60,000 bases of DNA, from positions 13,270,001 to 13,330,000 of the forward strand of contig CM075990.1 in the NCBI GenBank assembly GCA_038087875.1, given 5' to 3'. The position numbers were made by a program, and so were the translations under genes. This DNA comes from Malacoraja senta. Taxonomy: Eukaryota. The notes under the pieces were generated by a model. It was not told where the DNA came from and searched no databases. It was given only the letters and a program-made list of their open reading frames with translations. Numbering within the stretch: the first letter of the stretch is position 1; each line of letters begins with the position of its first letter. Below, piece after piece: positions 13,313-24,341 of the stretch.

Positions 13313-15173
13313 AAACACATATTCCTGAGCTGTAGCCTGACTCACTGAGCTACTCCAGCACTTTGTGTCTTCTTTTGTGAACCAGCATCTGCTGTTCCCT
13401 TTCCCTGCAATTAGGTGCATTAGGTTTCCCCACAGTTTATTTGTTTGACTGTAAATTATTCATTTCAATGTTTCACAGAGATGCAGCAAGCAAACTCTTG
13501 CTGCAACCCTTGCTGCAAACTCTTGCTGCAGGTCTGGCCCACTGAGTCCACACCTTTATTAACCACCCATTTACACTAATCCTACATTAATCCCGTTTTT
13601 TTATTCTCCTACATTCCAATCAACTTTCTAAATTCTACCGGTCACATACAAACTAGGAGCAGCTGATTAACCGGTGTGTCTTTGGAAATGTGGGAGGAAA
13701 CGGAGCATCCGGAGGAAATGGCAAACGTGTAAACTCCATGTAAAGAGCATCCAAGGTCCTGACTGAACCTGGGACTTTGCTGTGGGATTCATGAAGATTA
13801 TTGTTTACTGTTTAGCCAGAGGTAGAAAGGCAATTATACTGAAAGAATTCGGCGACTTGTGGGGAATTTTGAGTGGAGTTGTGTAATGATTCCCATCAAG
13901 AATATATCCAACCTGATTTGACAACGTTCATCCAGTGCAGGTGTTTAGGGAGGCTGTTCCTCAGTCAGACGTGACTGAGCATAATTTTACATTCTGGAGA
14001 GCTGTCATGGGTGGGTGAGACTTGGCGCAAAGCAGGTCCGTGCTTAAACTCACCGGAGGAGCAGTTGTGACTGCTCTGTGCCAGGAGAAACCTCTCGGCT
14101 GTTGCTCTGCTGTCACCTAGTGTCCGATGGTGCATATTGTGGGCAAGGATCAGAACGGATCCCACTGGCTCTAATGTAGTGTCGAGGCAAGTCTAGTTTA
14201 TTGTCATAAATAAACTCGACCTATTGTGCCAATGGTACATTATTGTTCCATATACCTAGGCACAGTGATTTTATTTCGGCATGCAGTTCAGTAACAACCT
14301 ACTATACTCCCCTCCATGACACACTGGTCAACCTGAGGAGTATCTGCAGCAACAGACTAGTTCCACCAAGATGCAGTACAGAACGCCACAGCAGATCCTT
14401 TTTCCCTGTGGCTATCAAACTGTATAACCCCTCCCCTTCTGTCATGGGGTAGACTGACTCCCCCTACCCCACCCACCCCCAATCTTTACACATCCCCAAT
14501 CCTTTCCACTCGTCACTTTAATTTCATGTTTTATGACTGTAGGCAGACCAATTTCCCTCCTGGGATAAATAGAGTTCTATCATATCATATCGTACATTGG
14601 GCACAATCATACTTAAATAGACAAAATGGTGGAGTAACTCAGCGGGTCAGGCAACACCTCAGGAGAACGTGGATAGGTGATGTCTCAGGTTCAGAGGACA
14701 TAGGTTTAAGGTGAAGGGGAATAGATTTAATAGGAATCTGCAGGGTAACTTTTTCACACAAAGGGTGATGGGGATATGGAACAACCTGCCAGAGGAGGTA
14801 GTTGAGGTAGGGACTATCCCAACGTCTAAGAAACTGACTGGTGGACAGATATGGGCCAAACGCGGGCAGGTGGGACTAGTGTAGGTGGGACATTGGCCAG
14901 TGTGGGCAAGTTGGGCCGAAGGGCCTGTTTCCATGCTGTATCACTCTATGACTCGAAAGGAAAATGTTCCTGATTCTCCTTTGCAAGTAGTCATTGTGAC
15001 ACTGTTCAATTCGCCTATTTCTTATGATTTATGCTGATTCTGTGTAGTCCCATTCCTTCACTTATTGCCGTACAATTTACTCCCTTATACATGTCCATCC
15101 ATTCCTTTCAATTCACCTGCCACCCAGCTACACAGGCGACCAATAAGCATGTATTTATTGTTACATTTTGCAG

Positions 15174-15334
15174 AGAAGCTGAGTCATGAAGATGCAACGT
15201 CAATGAATGATGTTAAAATCCTCGTGCAGCATCTCTTCACAACTTTGCGCGTTGAGGAGCACCAGCTGAAAAAGGAACAGAAACTGAAGAGGCTTGTGGA
15301 GGAGCTCAACGCTCAGATTGAGCCACTTGAGAAA
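15174..15334 (+). CDS. MCU: MCU exon 5 (coiled coil 1)
   Basis: ttttgcag acceptor; (E)KLSHEDATSMNDVKILVQHLFTTLRVEEHQLKKEQKLKRLVEELNAQIEPLEK; gtgagt donor; 161 nt. Confidence 0.96.
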
Positions 15335-15519
15335 GTGAGTGACCCCCTGCATCACATGTGGGCCACCAACTATTAACCTCCACGGTCACACATGAGGCTT
15401 TGCCCAGAGAGTCAGAGTGGGTGTCAACATCAGAATTAGAGCTATGTAGAACAAGAATAATGCAGTGATCGTCGGTGAGTCTAACCTGGCGGAATCCTAT
15501 TTGCTTTAATTAAGAAGTA

Positions 15520-15815
15520 GGGCGACACGGTGGCGCAGCGGTAGAGTTGCTGCCTTACAGCGTCAGAGTCCCGGGTTCGATCCCGACTACGGGCGCTGTC
15601 TGTACGGAGTTTGTACGTTCTCCCTGTGACCTGCGTGGGTTTTCTCCGGGAGCTCCGGTTTCCTCCCACACTCCAAAGTTGTACAGGCTTGTAGGTTAAT
15701 TGGGTTGGTGTAATTGTTAGAACTGTCCCTAGTGTCGGATAGTGTTAATGAGCGGGTTGATGTGGACTCAGTGGGCAGAAGGGCTTGTTTTCGTGCTGTA
15801 TCTCTAAACTAAACT
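15520..15815 (+). mobile_element. Full-length tRNA-derived SINE (HE1/V-SINE-like)
   Basis: A box ggtggcgcagcggt, B box ggttcgatcc, conserved core ctccggtttcctcccacactccaaag, CR1-like 3' end and (aaact)n tail. Confidence 0.9.
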
Positions 15816-16217
15816 GGACTGGGGGTGGGGGGGGGGGGGGGGGTCAGGATGAATCCTCAACTTGTGCTGAGTTCCCTTTTGTCTGTATAATTATTTGATT
15901 AGATGCAGTGTCCTATTGCCTGTTCTGCAGTGGATGTAATTGCTCACTAAAGTCCTCTCGGGAAGGTGGATTCACCCTTGCACACTTTAGCTCTCACTCC
16001 CGGTCTCCCCTTTTACTCTGAAGTTGGACACAAAAAGCTGGAGAGACCACAAAAAGACTCCAGTCTGAAGAAGGATCTCGACCCGAAACGTCACCCATTC
16101 CTTCTCTCCAGAGATGCTGCCTGTCCCGCCGAGTCACTCCAGCTTTTTTGTGTCCACCTTCGGTTTAAACCAGCATCTGCAGTTCCTCCTGACACGCTTC
16201 CCATTTTACTCTTGCAG

Positions 16218-16421
16218 GTCAAGTTGGAGTTGGACAGGAAGGCGGAGAGGCGATCGGCCTGGGTCCTCTGGGGCGGGATGGCCTTCATGGCCACACAGTT
16301 TGGGATCCTGGCACGCCTCACCTGGTGGGAATATTCCTGGGACATAATGGAACCGGTCACCTATTTTATCACTTACGGCAGTGCAATGGCGATGTATGCA
16401 TATTTTGTCATCACGCGGCAG
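16218..16421 (+). CDS. MCU: MCU exon 6 (TM1, DIME selectivity filter, TM2)
   Basis: [68 protein letters not shown]; ag/gt boundaries; 204 nt. Confidence 0.99.
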
Positions 16422-18960
16422 GTAGGATCAAGTCCTGTGAGGCATCTTTGATTGTTCACCTTGCCACCTTCAGCAAAATATAATTCCAGCAGTCTTTTGA
16501 AAAATAGTGAGGAATCTTACATCTGGTTTGACCCATTTGCTCCACGTCTCACTGCATCTGCAAATCTGATTGAACAATTTCTCAGGGGTTTGGCGCTCAT
16601 GTCTTTTCCTGAAAGAGAGGCAGTGGAGGTAACAATCTTTCACTGCCCGGACTTGCTTTTGTAGGTCAGTTCCTACTTGGGTTGGCCGTAGCTTATGTGA
16701 TCTTTCCATCATTGTAACTAGGGTGTAAGTGGCAGCATAGATCAATGTAACATGGAAAAAGATAAACTCAAAATGATGGAGTAACTCAGCGGGACAGGCA
16801 GCATCCCTGGAGAGACAGAGTGGGTCGAGACCCTTCTTCAGACATGGAAAAAGGCCCTTTGGCCCATCTTGTCAATGCTAGTTACGTTGCTCAACTGAGC
16901 TAGCCCCACTTGCCCCATTTTCCATCAAACTTTTCCCATCTATGTACCTGTTTAAGCATCTTTTAAATGTTGTCATTATATCTCCCTCTACATCTTCCTT
17001 TGGCAAGGTTCCATGTCCTCACCAGCTTCTGTGGAAAGGTTGTTCCTCAGGGGCCTTTTAATTTTTTCCCCTCTCATCTTCAACCTGTGCCCTCTAGCTT
17101 TAGACTCTCCTACTTGGGGGGGAAATACTGTGGCTGTTTACCTTATCTATGCTCCTCATGATTTTACAAACCTCTACAATGTTATGCCTCAATAATGGAT
17201 GGCTCATGTTCCCCGAGTTCCCTTAACTGAAAGGTATGGAGTTTTTGTCAATTGTGCACCATACATACTTGATCCACCGTTCTCTCCTTAACATTATTTG
17301 ATCACCCTCCACACAGATAACTCCCTGGAATATCTGTAGTTGGGCAGAAAGTGGAGTCTTGGCACATAAACCATTGATGTAAAAAGACCGTTCCAATAAC
17401 CCAAGAAGTTCAGTATTGTCCTTCGAGGAGATTGGCAATTTAAAACAGTATCTATTGACAAGATGTGCTGGAGCAACACAGTGGGTCAGGCAACATCTGT
17501 GGAGGGAATGGACAGACAACCCGAAACATTGTCTATCCATTCCCTCCAGAGATGTTGCCTGACCCATTGTGTTCCTCCAGCACTTTGTATTTTGCTCAGG
17601 ATTCCAGCATTTGCAGTTTCTTTTTTTTATCGTCCCTATTTATCGACGACACCAATCAAACATTGAGTGACGTATGGGTTAGATAATGTTTCCTTTAAGT
17701 GGTTTATCATACAACAAAGTCTGTTTTCTCAGACACCAATCCATTTATCGATTGGCAAGGGCAAAAGGTACCCTTCCAATAACAGGCAGGTAGTTTCCTC
17801 AGAAAAAATATGCAAAGAATAAATTGTAATTATAGATAAACAGGGCACGCAAAATTAACCACACCTGGTGCAAATAACAGATTATATGAGGAATTTGTCT
17901 AAATGTTGGACTCAAGCTGGTTATAGTATTGTCACCATGTGCAGTCATCTTAAAATAGTGAGATGTCCTGAATATGTAATAGATGCCACACAAATGCAAA
18001 TTATTTTTTGTTATGTGGGTGATGGTTGAATCGGTTAAGCATTCACCAACTCCCCTTTAGCCACAACATCTGCTACTTTTGAGCTCTGTGATTCGTACTT
18101 GTAAATTTTTACCACACAATATCTTTCCACTTTCTCCACTTACAGTATTCCCTCCTTCTTCTTATCGAGTCCACACACAAGATTAGAAGTTGTTCAGCCA
18201 GAGCTGAACACACGTCTCGGCATCTGCATCCAATGGTGTCTGTCTTGTGCTTCTTGTGCGTGGTGGTGGAAAGATTGGTGGAAACAGGGCCGCGACGTGA
18301 ATGCTCTTTCCTTGACCCCATAGTATTCCCTTGGGAATATTGTAATACCTTGGAGTTCAAGTCATTTGAGCTTGTGATGGGTTGAGGAGGAATGTTGGTT
18401 GCTGGGATTTTACTCACATGCCCCAGTATAAGTGATGGGAGCAGAATTGGGCCATTCCGCCCATCAAGTCTACTCCGCCATTCAATCATGGCTGATCTAT
18501 CTCTCCCGCCTCATCCCATTCTCCTGCCTTCTTCCCATAACCCCTGACACCTTTCATTTTTGTCAAGGCCACCAAAGCAACACTGTTGTCATATCGTGAA
18601 ACAGCAAAGTTGAACAATGTATACTAGTTGGATCTTTGCTAAATATTGCAATTCTGTAAAAGCCAGCAGTTTTGACCCATTGTGTCAATGCCTGCTTTGT
18701 AATGTTATTCACCACACCCCCATCATTTTATTACCTGCTCCTGCTTGTTCAGCTCTGTTCTGAAAATTATTATCGGATTGGCTTCCACCCAGCTTTAAGC
18801 CTCCCAGATCACAAAACTTCAAACAAAATGTTTTCACGTTTCACCTTTTCGTTCGTTAGCCAATTAAACCTGTAATTTCTGTTTACAATCTTACCTATTG
18901 ATTTAAAGACTGTCTGTCTCTCTGTGCCTTGACTGACACTTCATCCCTATCTCTCCACAG

Positions 18961-19077
18961 GAGTACATTTACCCTGACGCCAGAGATAGACAATACTTGC
19001 ATTTCTTCCACAAAGGAGCCAAAAAGACGAAATTTGACATTGAACAATACAACAGACTCAAGGACGACATTGCTCAG
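18961..19077 (+). CDS. MCU: MCU exon 7
   Basis: ccacag acceptor; EYIYPDARDRQYLHFFHKGAKKTKFDIEQYNRLKDDIAQ; gtaaag donor; 117 nt. Confidence 0.97.
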
Positions 19078-19269
19078 GTAAAGTAGAGGCTGCTGCAGAA
19101 ACCAGTTTTCAGTTCGATTTTCAGTTCAATGGTGTGTGGTAAGCCACAATGCCGTACCCACAGCAACAGATAAATGGACTACCTCACAGTGTTAGCTGGA
19201 GCGTGGCCATGTGTACATTCACTGTAATTGGGAGGATGAGCTTGAGGCAGCAGTGCAGAGCACTCTTAA

Positions 19270-19740
19270 GCAAAGAAGGGTCTCAACCCGATACATCACC
19301 TATTCCTTCGCTCCATAGATGCTGCCTCACCCGCTGAGTTTCTCCAGCATTTTTATCTACTTTCGATTTTTCCAGCATCTGCAGTTCTTTCTTAAACTCT
19401 TAAGCAAAGGTTCGTTCCATTTCTTCACTGACGTCCTTGGCCAGAGTCAGGCCACGTGCAAACCTGAACAATTGGGACTCATTCTCAGCTTGGGGAGCTT
19501 ACAACACAATGTAATGAACATTGAATTTCCCAATTTCGAGTAATACGCCCCCTGTTCCACCTGGGTGTGTACACGTTCCTCCCACAACCCCAGTCACCTG
19601 GCTCCTTTCCCCCCTCATCCAAGTCCCACTTTTCCCTTTTACGCCCACTCTTTCCCTTCCCCTCTCATCCCCTTCCACTAACATATCTCCCCTCAGCTTT
19701 ACTCTCCACTCTATCTATGTCAATGTTATCTCCCTTATCA
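19270..19740 (+). mobile_element. Penelope-like repeat plus degenerate endonuclease C-terminus
   Basis: QSQATCKPEQLGLILSLGSLQHNVMNIEFPNFE, homologous to the 53232-53395 peptide. Confidence 0.7.
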
Positions 19741-20640
19741 TGAGTTTTTTTTTTTCAGTTCTGCAAAAACCTTAGATGCAGGACCTTATCGAATGTCTTT
19801 TGAAAATTGTAGTACATTCACCGGCTCCCCTTCATCCACAACATCATGCTACTTTGGAGAACTTCAATAAGTTGGTGCACATGGCATCCATTTCGTGACA
19901 CCGCGTTAACTTGTTGCTTGAATATGGTTAACAATTCTTTGTAAAACTTGGTGGTTCTTTGCTGTGATAATTAACCAAGTATCACCAGGGGGCACATTTT
20001 GGGGCACATTTTCAAAAGCTTGCATCCTGACTTGAATGAACACTGAATTTTAAGGTTTAAGACTGCAAGAGGATTCAGAGGAAGGCCATGCTGATAGAGC
20101 TGGAGGGGAGTAGTGAGGTGTCGCTGGTCCGAAGGCAGAAGGCACAGTGGTGATGGGCCCACATATTGGATTAAAATAACAAGACCTGGAGCATATTGGG
20201 ATATGTAGAATCTGGAAAATTGTAGACGAGGATAGACTGGGATTAGTGGACTTGGACAATGTAATCGAGTTTTATAGTGAAATGGAACCATGATCTATCT
20301 GATGCTTAAATTTGGGTTGTGAATGGATTTGGTCAGAGAGAGATGGCGAGAAAGATATTACTGGGCAAGGAGTTTGTGATGGGGATCAGCATTCATGGTT
20401 TCAATCTTCTCATTATTAAGTTGGAAGGAGTTTCATTTTATCCGGAATATGTGCAGAATAGAGGAAATATTACCGTGAAGAGATTGAGAGATTTAGTTTG
20501 GGACTTCGGTACATCCAGGGTTGGAAAAGGGATTACATATTTGTGACTTCTTTCTTTTTATGGCATTGATTTGATTTATCCAAGCAGCGGGGAGGGTTTT
20601 GTTTTTTGAGGAATGGATTTGCCCAGAGAAATTTAAATAT

Positions 20641-20945
20641 GGGCAGCACGGTGATGCAGCGGTAGGGTTGCTGCCTTACAGCGCCAGGGACCTGGGTTCG
20701 ATCCTGATTATGGGCGCTGTCTGTACGGATTTTGTACGTTCTCCCCCTGACATGTGTGGGTTTTCTCTTCGATCTTCGGTTTCCTCCCACTCTCCAAAGA
20801 CGTACAGGTTTGTTGGTTAATTGGCTTGGTATACATGTAAATTATCCCTTGTCTGTGTCGGATAGTGCTAGTGTGCGGGATCGCTGCTTGGTGCGAACTC
20901 GGTGGGCTGAAGGACCTGTTTCCGCGCTGTATCTCTAAACTAAAC
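20641..20945 (+). mobile_element. HE1/V-SINE-like element
   Basis: Same family; further copies at about 26950-27272 (+), 31690-31993 (+), 11620-11823 (+) and 30445-30579 (+, cut by the gap). Confidence 0.88.
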
Positions 20946-21150
20946 GGAACACCTGGTGACCTTTTGGGTTGAGACCCTTCTTCAGGCGGGCAGTCTCGAC
21001 CCGAAACGCCACCCATTCCTTCTCTCCAGAGATGCTGCCTGTCCCGCTGAGTTACCCCAGCATTTTGTGTCTATCTTTGGTTTAAACCAGCATCTGCAGT
21101 TCCTTCCTTACACTAACCATCTGGTGACACTGGTGAATTCTGCATTTCAG

Positions 21151-21228
21151 GCCGAGTTGGACTTGAAGCGTCTCCGGGATCCACTCCAGCTCCATCTCCC
21201 CATCCAGCCCGTCAGTGACCAAGAGTGA
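21151..21228 (+). CDS. MCU: MCU last coding exon (exon 8)
   Basis: tttcag acceptor; AELDLKRLRDPLQLHLPIQPVSDQE-TGA. Confidence 0.97.
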   Translation, partial: AELDLKRLRDPLQLHLPIQPVSDQE

Positions 21229-21675
21229 GGAATGCCAGAGGTGACGCCACCATCCCCCCCCCCCCCCCAACCCCCACCCTGTCCCCGCCACTCCCACCCA
21301 CCAACCCGAGGAATGTCTGGACACGCTAACACCACGGCGCTCTTCACCTGATCAACAACCAAACCTCTGCGGGTCCTCGAGATCCTACAGGCAGTGGGGG
21401 ATGGAGTTTGAAATCGTTGAGATGTGCATCGGGTACATTGGGGAATCTGATCATGCAGAACGGACAGTGTGCATCTCCAACTGATGGCGGTGGGCAGATT
21501 GGGATGCACGTTTCCTCTGTTTTTTTTTAAAAGAATACATTATTTACACCATTTATTTTACTGTTTTATTCTGATTTTGTGCAGATTTTACAAACTCAAT
21601 TCATTTGACATTGCTGCACTCAATGACTATGATTAAGGGGAGAATTGTTGTACGAATGAGCTGTGTAACTCTGAC

Positions 21676-21681
21676 AATAAA
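21676..21681 (+). terminator. Candidate proximal poly(A) signal of MCU
   Basis: AATAAA about 450 nt after the stop, with U/GU-rich sequence downstream. Confidence 0.5.
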
Positions 21682-22049
21682 TAACTACCACAACTGTTTT
21701 GGAACTAATTGGGTCTTGCCTTGGTCACTGGGTTAAATGGTTTGTTCTTCTGGTTTCATGGACTATTGGTACAGAAAGGTGCGTTTTTTTTTTTTAACCT
21801 GGGTTTGTCTGCTCTTCATGGATGATTCTGGAGATGCAGCATCAATGCATTTCTCCTTGTGAAAGTTGTGTCTGTCCTTTCCCAGTGAGGTGCAGGGCTT
21901 GTAGCTGTTTTAGCACACAGGGAGTGATTACCTCCAAGAGGTCATCATGTGTTCTTGAACCTTAAGCAATGATTTACTCTGAATGGAATGAATCTTAATT
22001 AAACTTGGTAATTTCCCCCTTTATGCATCCCTGCTTCACAGCAAGTTGT

Positions 22050-22239
22050 TTGAGGAGAACTGCAGATGCTGGAAAATCGAAGGTAGACAAAATTGCTGGA
22101 GAAACTCAGCGGTGCGGCAGCATCTATGGAGCGAAGGAAATAGGCAACGTTTCGGGTTTCGCCCCGAAACGTTGCCTACTTCCATTGCTCCATAGATGCT
22201 GCCGCACCCGCTGAGTTTCTCCAGCACTTTTGTCAACCT
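22050..22239. repeat. Fold-back Penelope-derived repeat downstream of the MCU stop
   Basis: ggcaacgtttcggg-tttcgc-cccgaaacgttgcc centre with long near-complementary arms. Confidence 0.88.
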
Positions 22240-24108
22240 GCTTCACATCAAGTTGCTTCTCACACCTCCAATGTACAACTCTTTAATTTGGCCCAGTGGA
22301 TGTGGGTCGCAGGAACAAGTCTTTGAATGTGGCAAAGGTTGCACATTGTTCAGGTCAGCAGTGCAGCTAAACGAGGAATGGTGCAGAAATCAATTTAAGC
22401 TGCATTTATGCCTCTGTATACATCTCCCGACTCAAAATGTTTGCTTAGGTCAAATGCATTTATTTTTAATTAAATGGTTAATGAGCCCCTTTGAAGAGGT
22501 ATTTCTTGTCTGCTGTCTTATTTTTCCACACACAAAGAACAGAAGATGTCACTTAACTGTACTTGTTGAAATTTGCAGAGGAGCCAACCTCTTGGGGAGT
22601 TTGTATATTAAAACACTAGATCTTTGAACGGGGAGCTAGATTCACTAGGCAGCCTGTAGTGAGTGAAGAGTGCATGTTGCATTACTGTTACTGTGGGAGT
22701 TGCACCATGGAAGTATGTTGCATGATTTCCCTGTTAGACAGGGATTCAAATACCTCTGAGCTGTATTGCGGCAAAAGTCGCAATTGCATGTTCTCTTTAT
22801 AATATTTGTACTGACAGGAATAACTTGTCGATCACTGTGACTTTTAAGGTTGTTACCAAAATGGGAACCGTGAAAGCCTAGTTGTATACAACACTACTGA
22901 ACATCATATGGGTATCATTCTGGGATGGGCCTATTTAGATAGTGCTAGGTAGTTTGATCTCATCCATATAAAATAAGTGGCATGATTTTTTCAGGCAGAT
23001 TACACAGGCGGTAAATGCTTTTTGCGAACTTAAGTACTGTACTCATGAATTCTGCGCAAGAATATTGAAGGTAATAATGTTTTTTTTTACAGGAGCACTA
23101 GATCTAAATGGTGGCTTTATGCAGTACCCAATCTTCTCCTTGTTAGCAGAAGAACAGTAATACAAAAGCCAAATGCTGTTAGTAGATGGAAATCTGGAAA
23201 GCAGATATTCTGCAAGTCACCAGTGGAGAGAGAAATAGAGTGAAGAATATCAGGTCCATTTGATGCTTTTGAGCTAACGAATCTATAACTGAGAGTTGAC
23301 GTAGCAAACTGCAACACTGACCCAGCTAAAAGAGCAATGCCAGAACACACAGCCAGTTTTCATTATGCCCACTCCCTGCGAATAGAATGTGCACCTGGGT
23401 CTCCAGGGCTGAAGGGCAGTGATTGAGACCAGTGCCTTAGCTTCACCACCCAGCCTGAGGAACCCTGAGTGAATGTGATGCACTGATTGTATCAAATGCA
23501 TGAACCAGGCCCTGGGAAACTGTCGAAAAGTGCATGGGAGTAAAAACCCTTTGGAGGGCATGAATGCAGAAGCCCAAAGGACTATTGGGGCATGGCTGTC
23601 TTTTTATTTTTAAAAGAGTGCCGTAGACAAGTTGAAGGTCTCGCAGACGTTCATTTAATGTGGCTGTATGCATTTTATATACGTGTGCAAGAGCAATATA
23701 ACAGCACAGATGGTGTGGCATACATGTGGGTGTCCTTGGAAATCTGTGCTACATTTTGCCATATGTGGCAAGATATGACATTATTGGACCTCTGCCCTTA
23801 CTGGACACAGCAAGGTATCAGGGATGTTCACACAAGTGGTACAATAATCTATTTGTTCCTGTGGCACAGGAGAATTTGGCTGAATTCCCACTACGTTCAG
23901 CACCCATACTTGAATTTCCAGTTCCTTACGGGGGGGGGGGGGGGGGGGGGTTAATTTGTTTGTAGCTTTCAGAATACTCCTGTGTTTTCTATCATGTAAC
24001 ACTTGCAGAGATGCTCTTTGTGTAACTTTCTAATGCTGAATATTATGAAGCAAAATCTTAGGAATGTATCAAACCACAGACCTTTTTCTTAATTGACACT
24101 GTTTACCG

Positions 24109-24114
24109 AATAAA
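24109..24114 (+). terminator. Candidate distal poly(A) signal of MCU (about 2.9 kb 3' UTR)
   Basis: AATAAA closing a mostly repeat-poor UTR-like stretch, followed by gtgttactttcttt. Confidence 0.4.
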
Positions 24115-24313
24115 TTGCAAAAAGAAAACCGCTCAATTTTGCAGTGTTACTTTCTTTGAGAGATTGCTAGTCAGGCTTCAAAGGGTTCACCAACACCTAG
24201 TCCTTTGTGTTTTAATTCTTCCCATGAGCTTGGATTGCGCTGAGTTCAAGCTAGAAATGACAACGAAGATCGACACAAAATGCAGGAGTACTCAGCAGGT
24301 CAGGCAGGCTAGT

Positions 24314-24341
24314 CTGAAGAAGGGTCTCGACCCGAAACGTC
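24314..24341 (+). ncRNA. Minimal hammerhead ribozyme-like core (PLE-associated), representative copy
   Basis: CUGAAGA-A-GGGU(CUCG)ACCC-GAAAC-GUC; identical cores at 47795-47822 (+) and 53112-53139 (-). Confidence 0.6.

Noticed and set aside
15520..15595. tRNA-like sequences with A and B boxes
   Set aside because: They are SINE heads continuing into the SINE core and tail, not tRNA genes
16218..16421. Possibility that the gene is MCUB next to PLA2G12A (paralogous block)
   Set aside because: [16 protein letters not shown] keeps the Arg and Glu that mammalian MCUb replaces; the neighbour has Leu at the catalytic His and OIT3 lies between
23931..23950. G/C homopolymers as G-quadruplex elements (also about 15820, 21253, 28306, 35909)
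   Set aside because: Frequent simple runs throughout the window with unreliable lengths; no specific evidence of function
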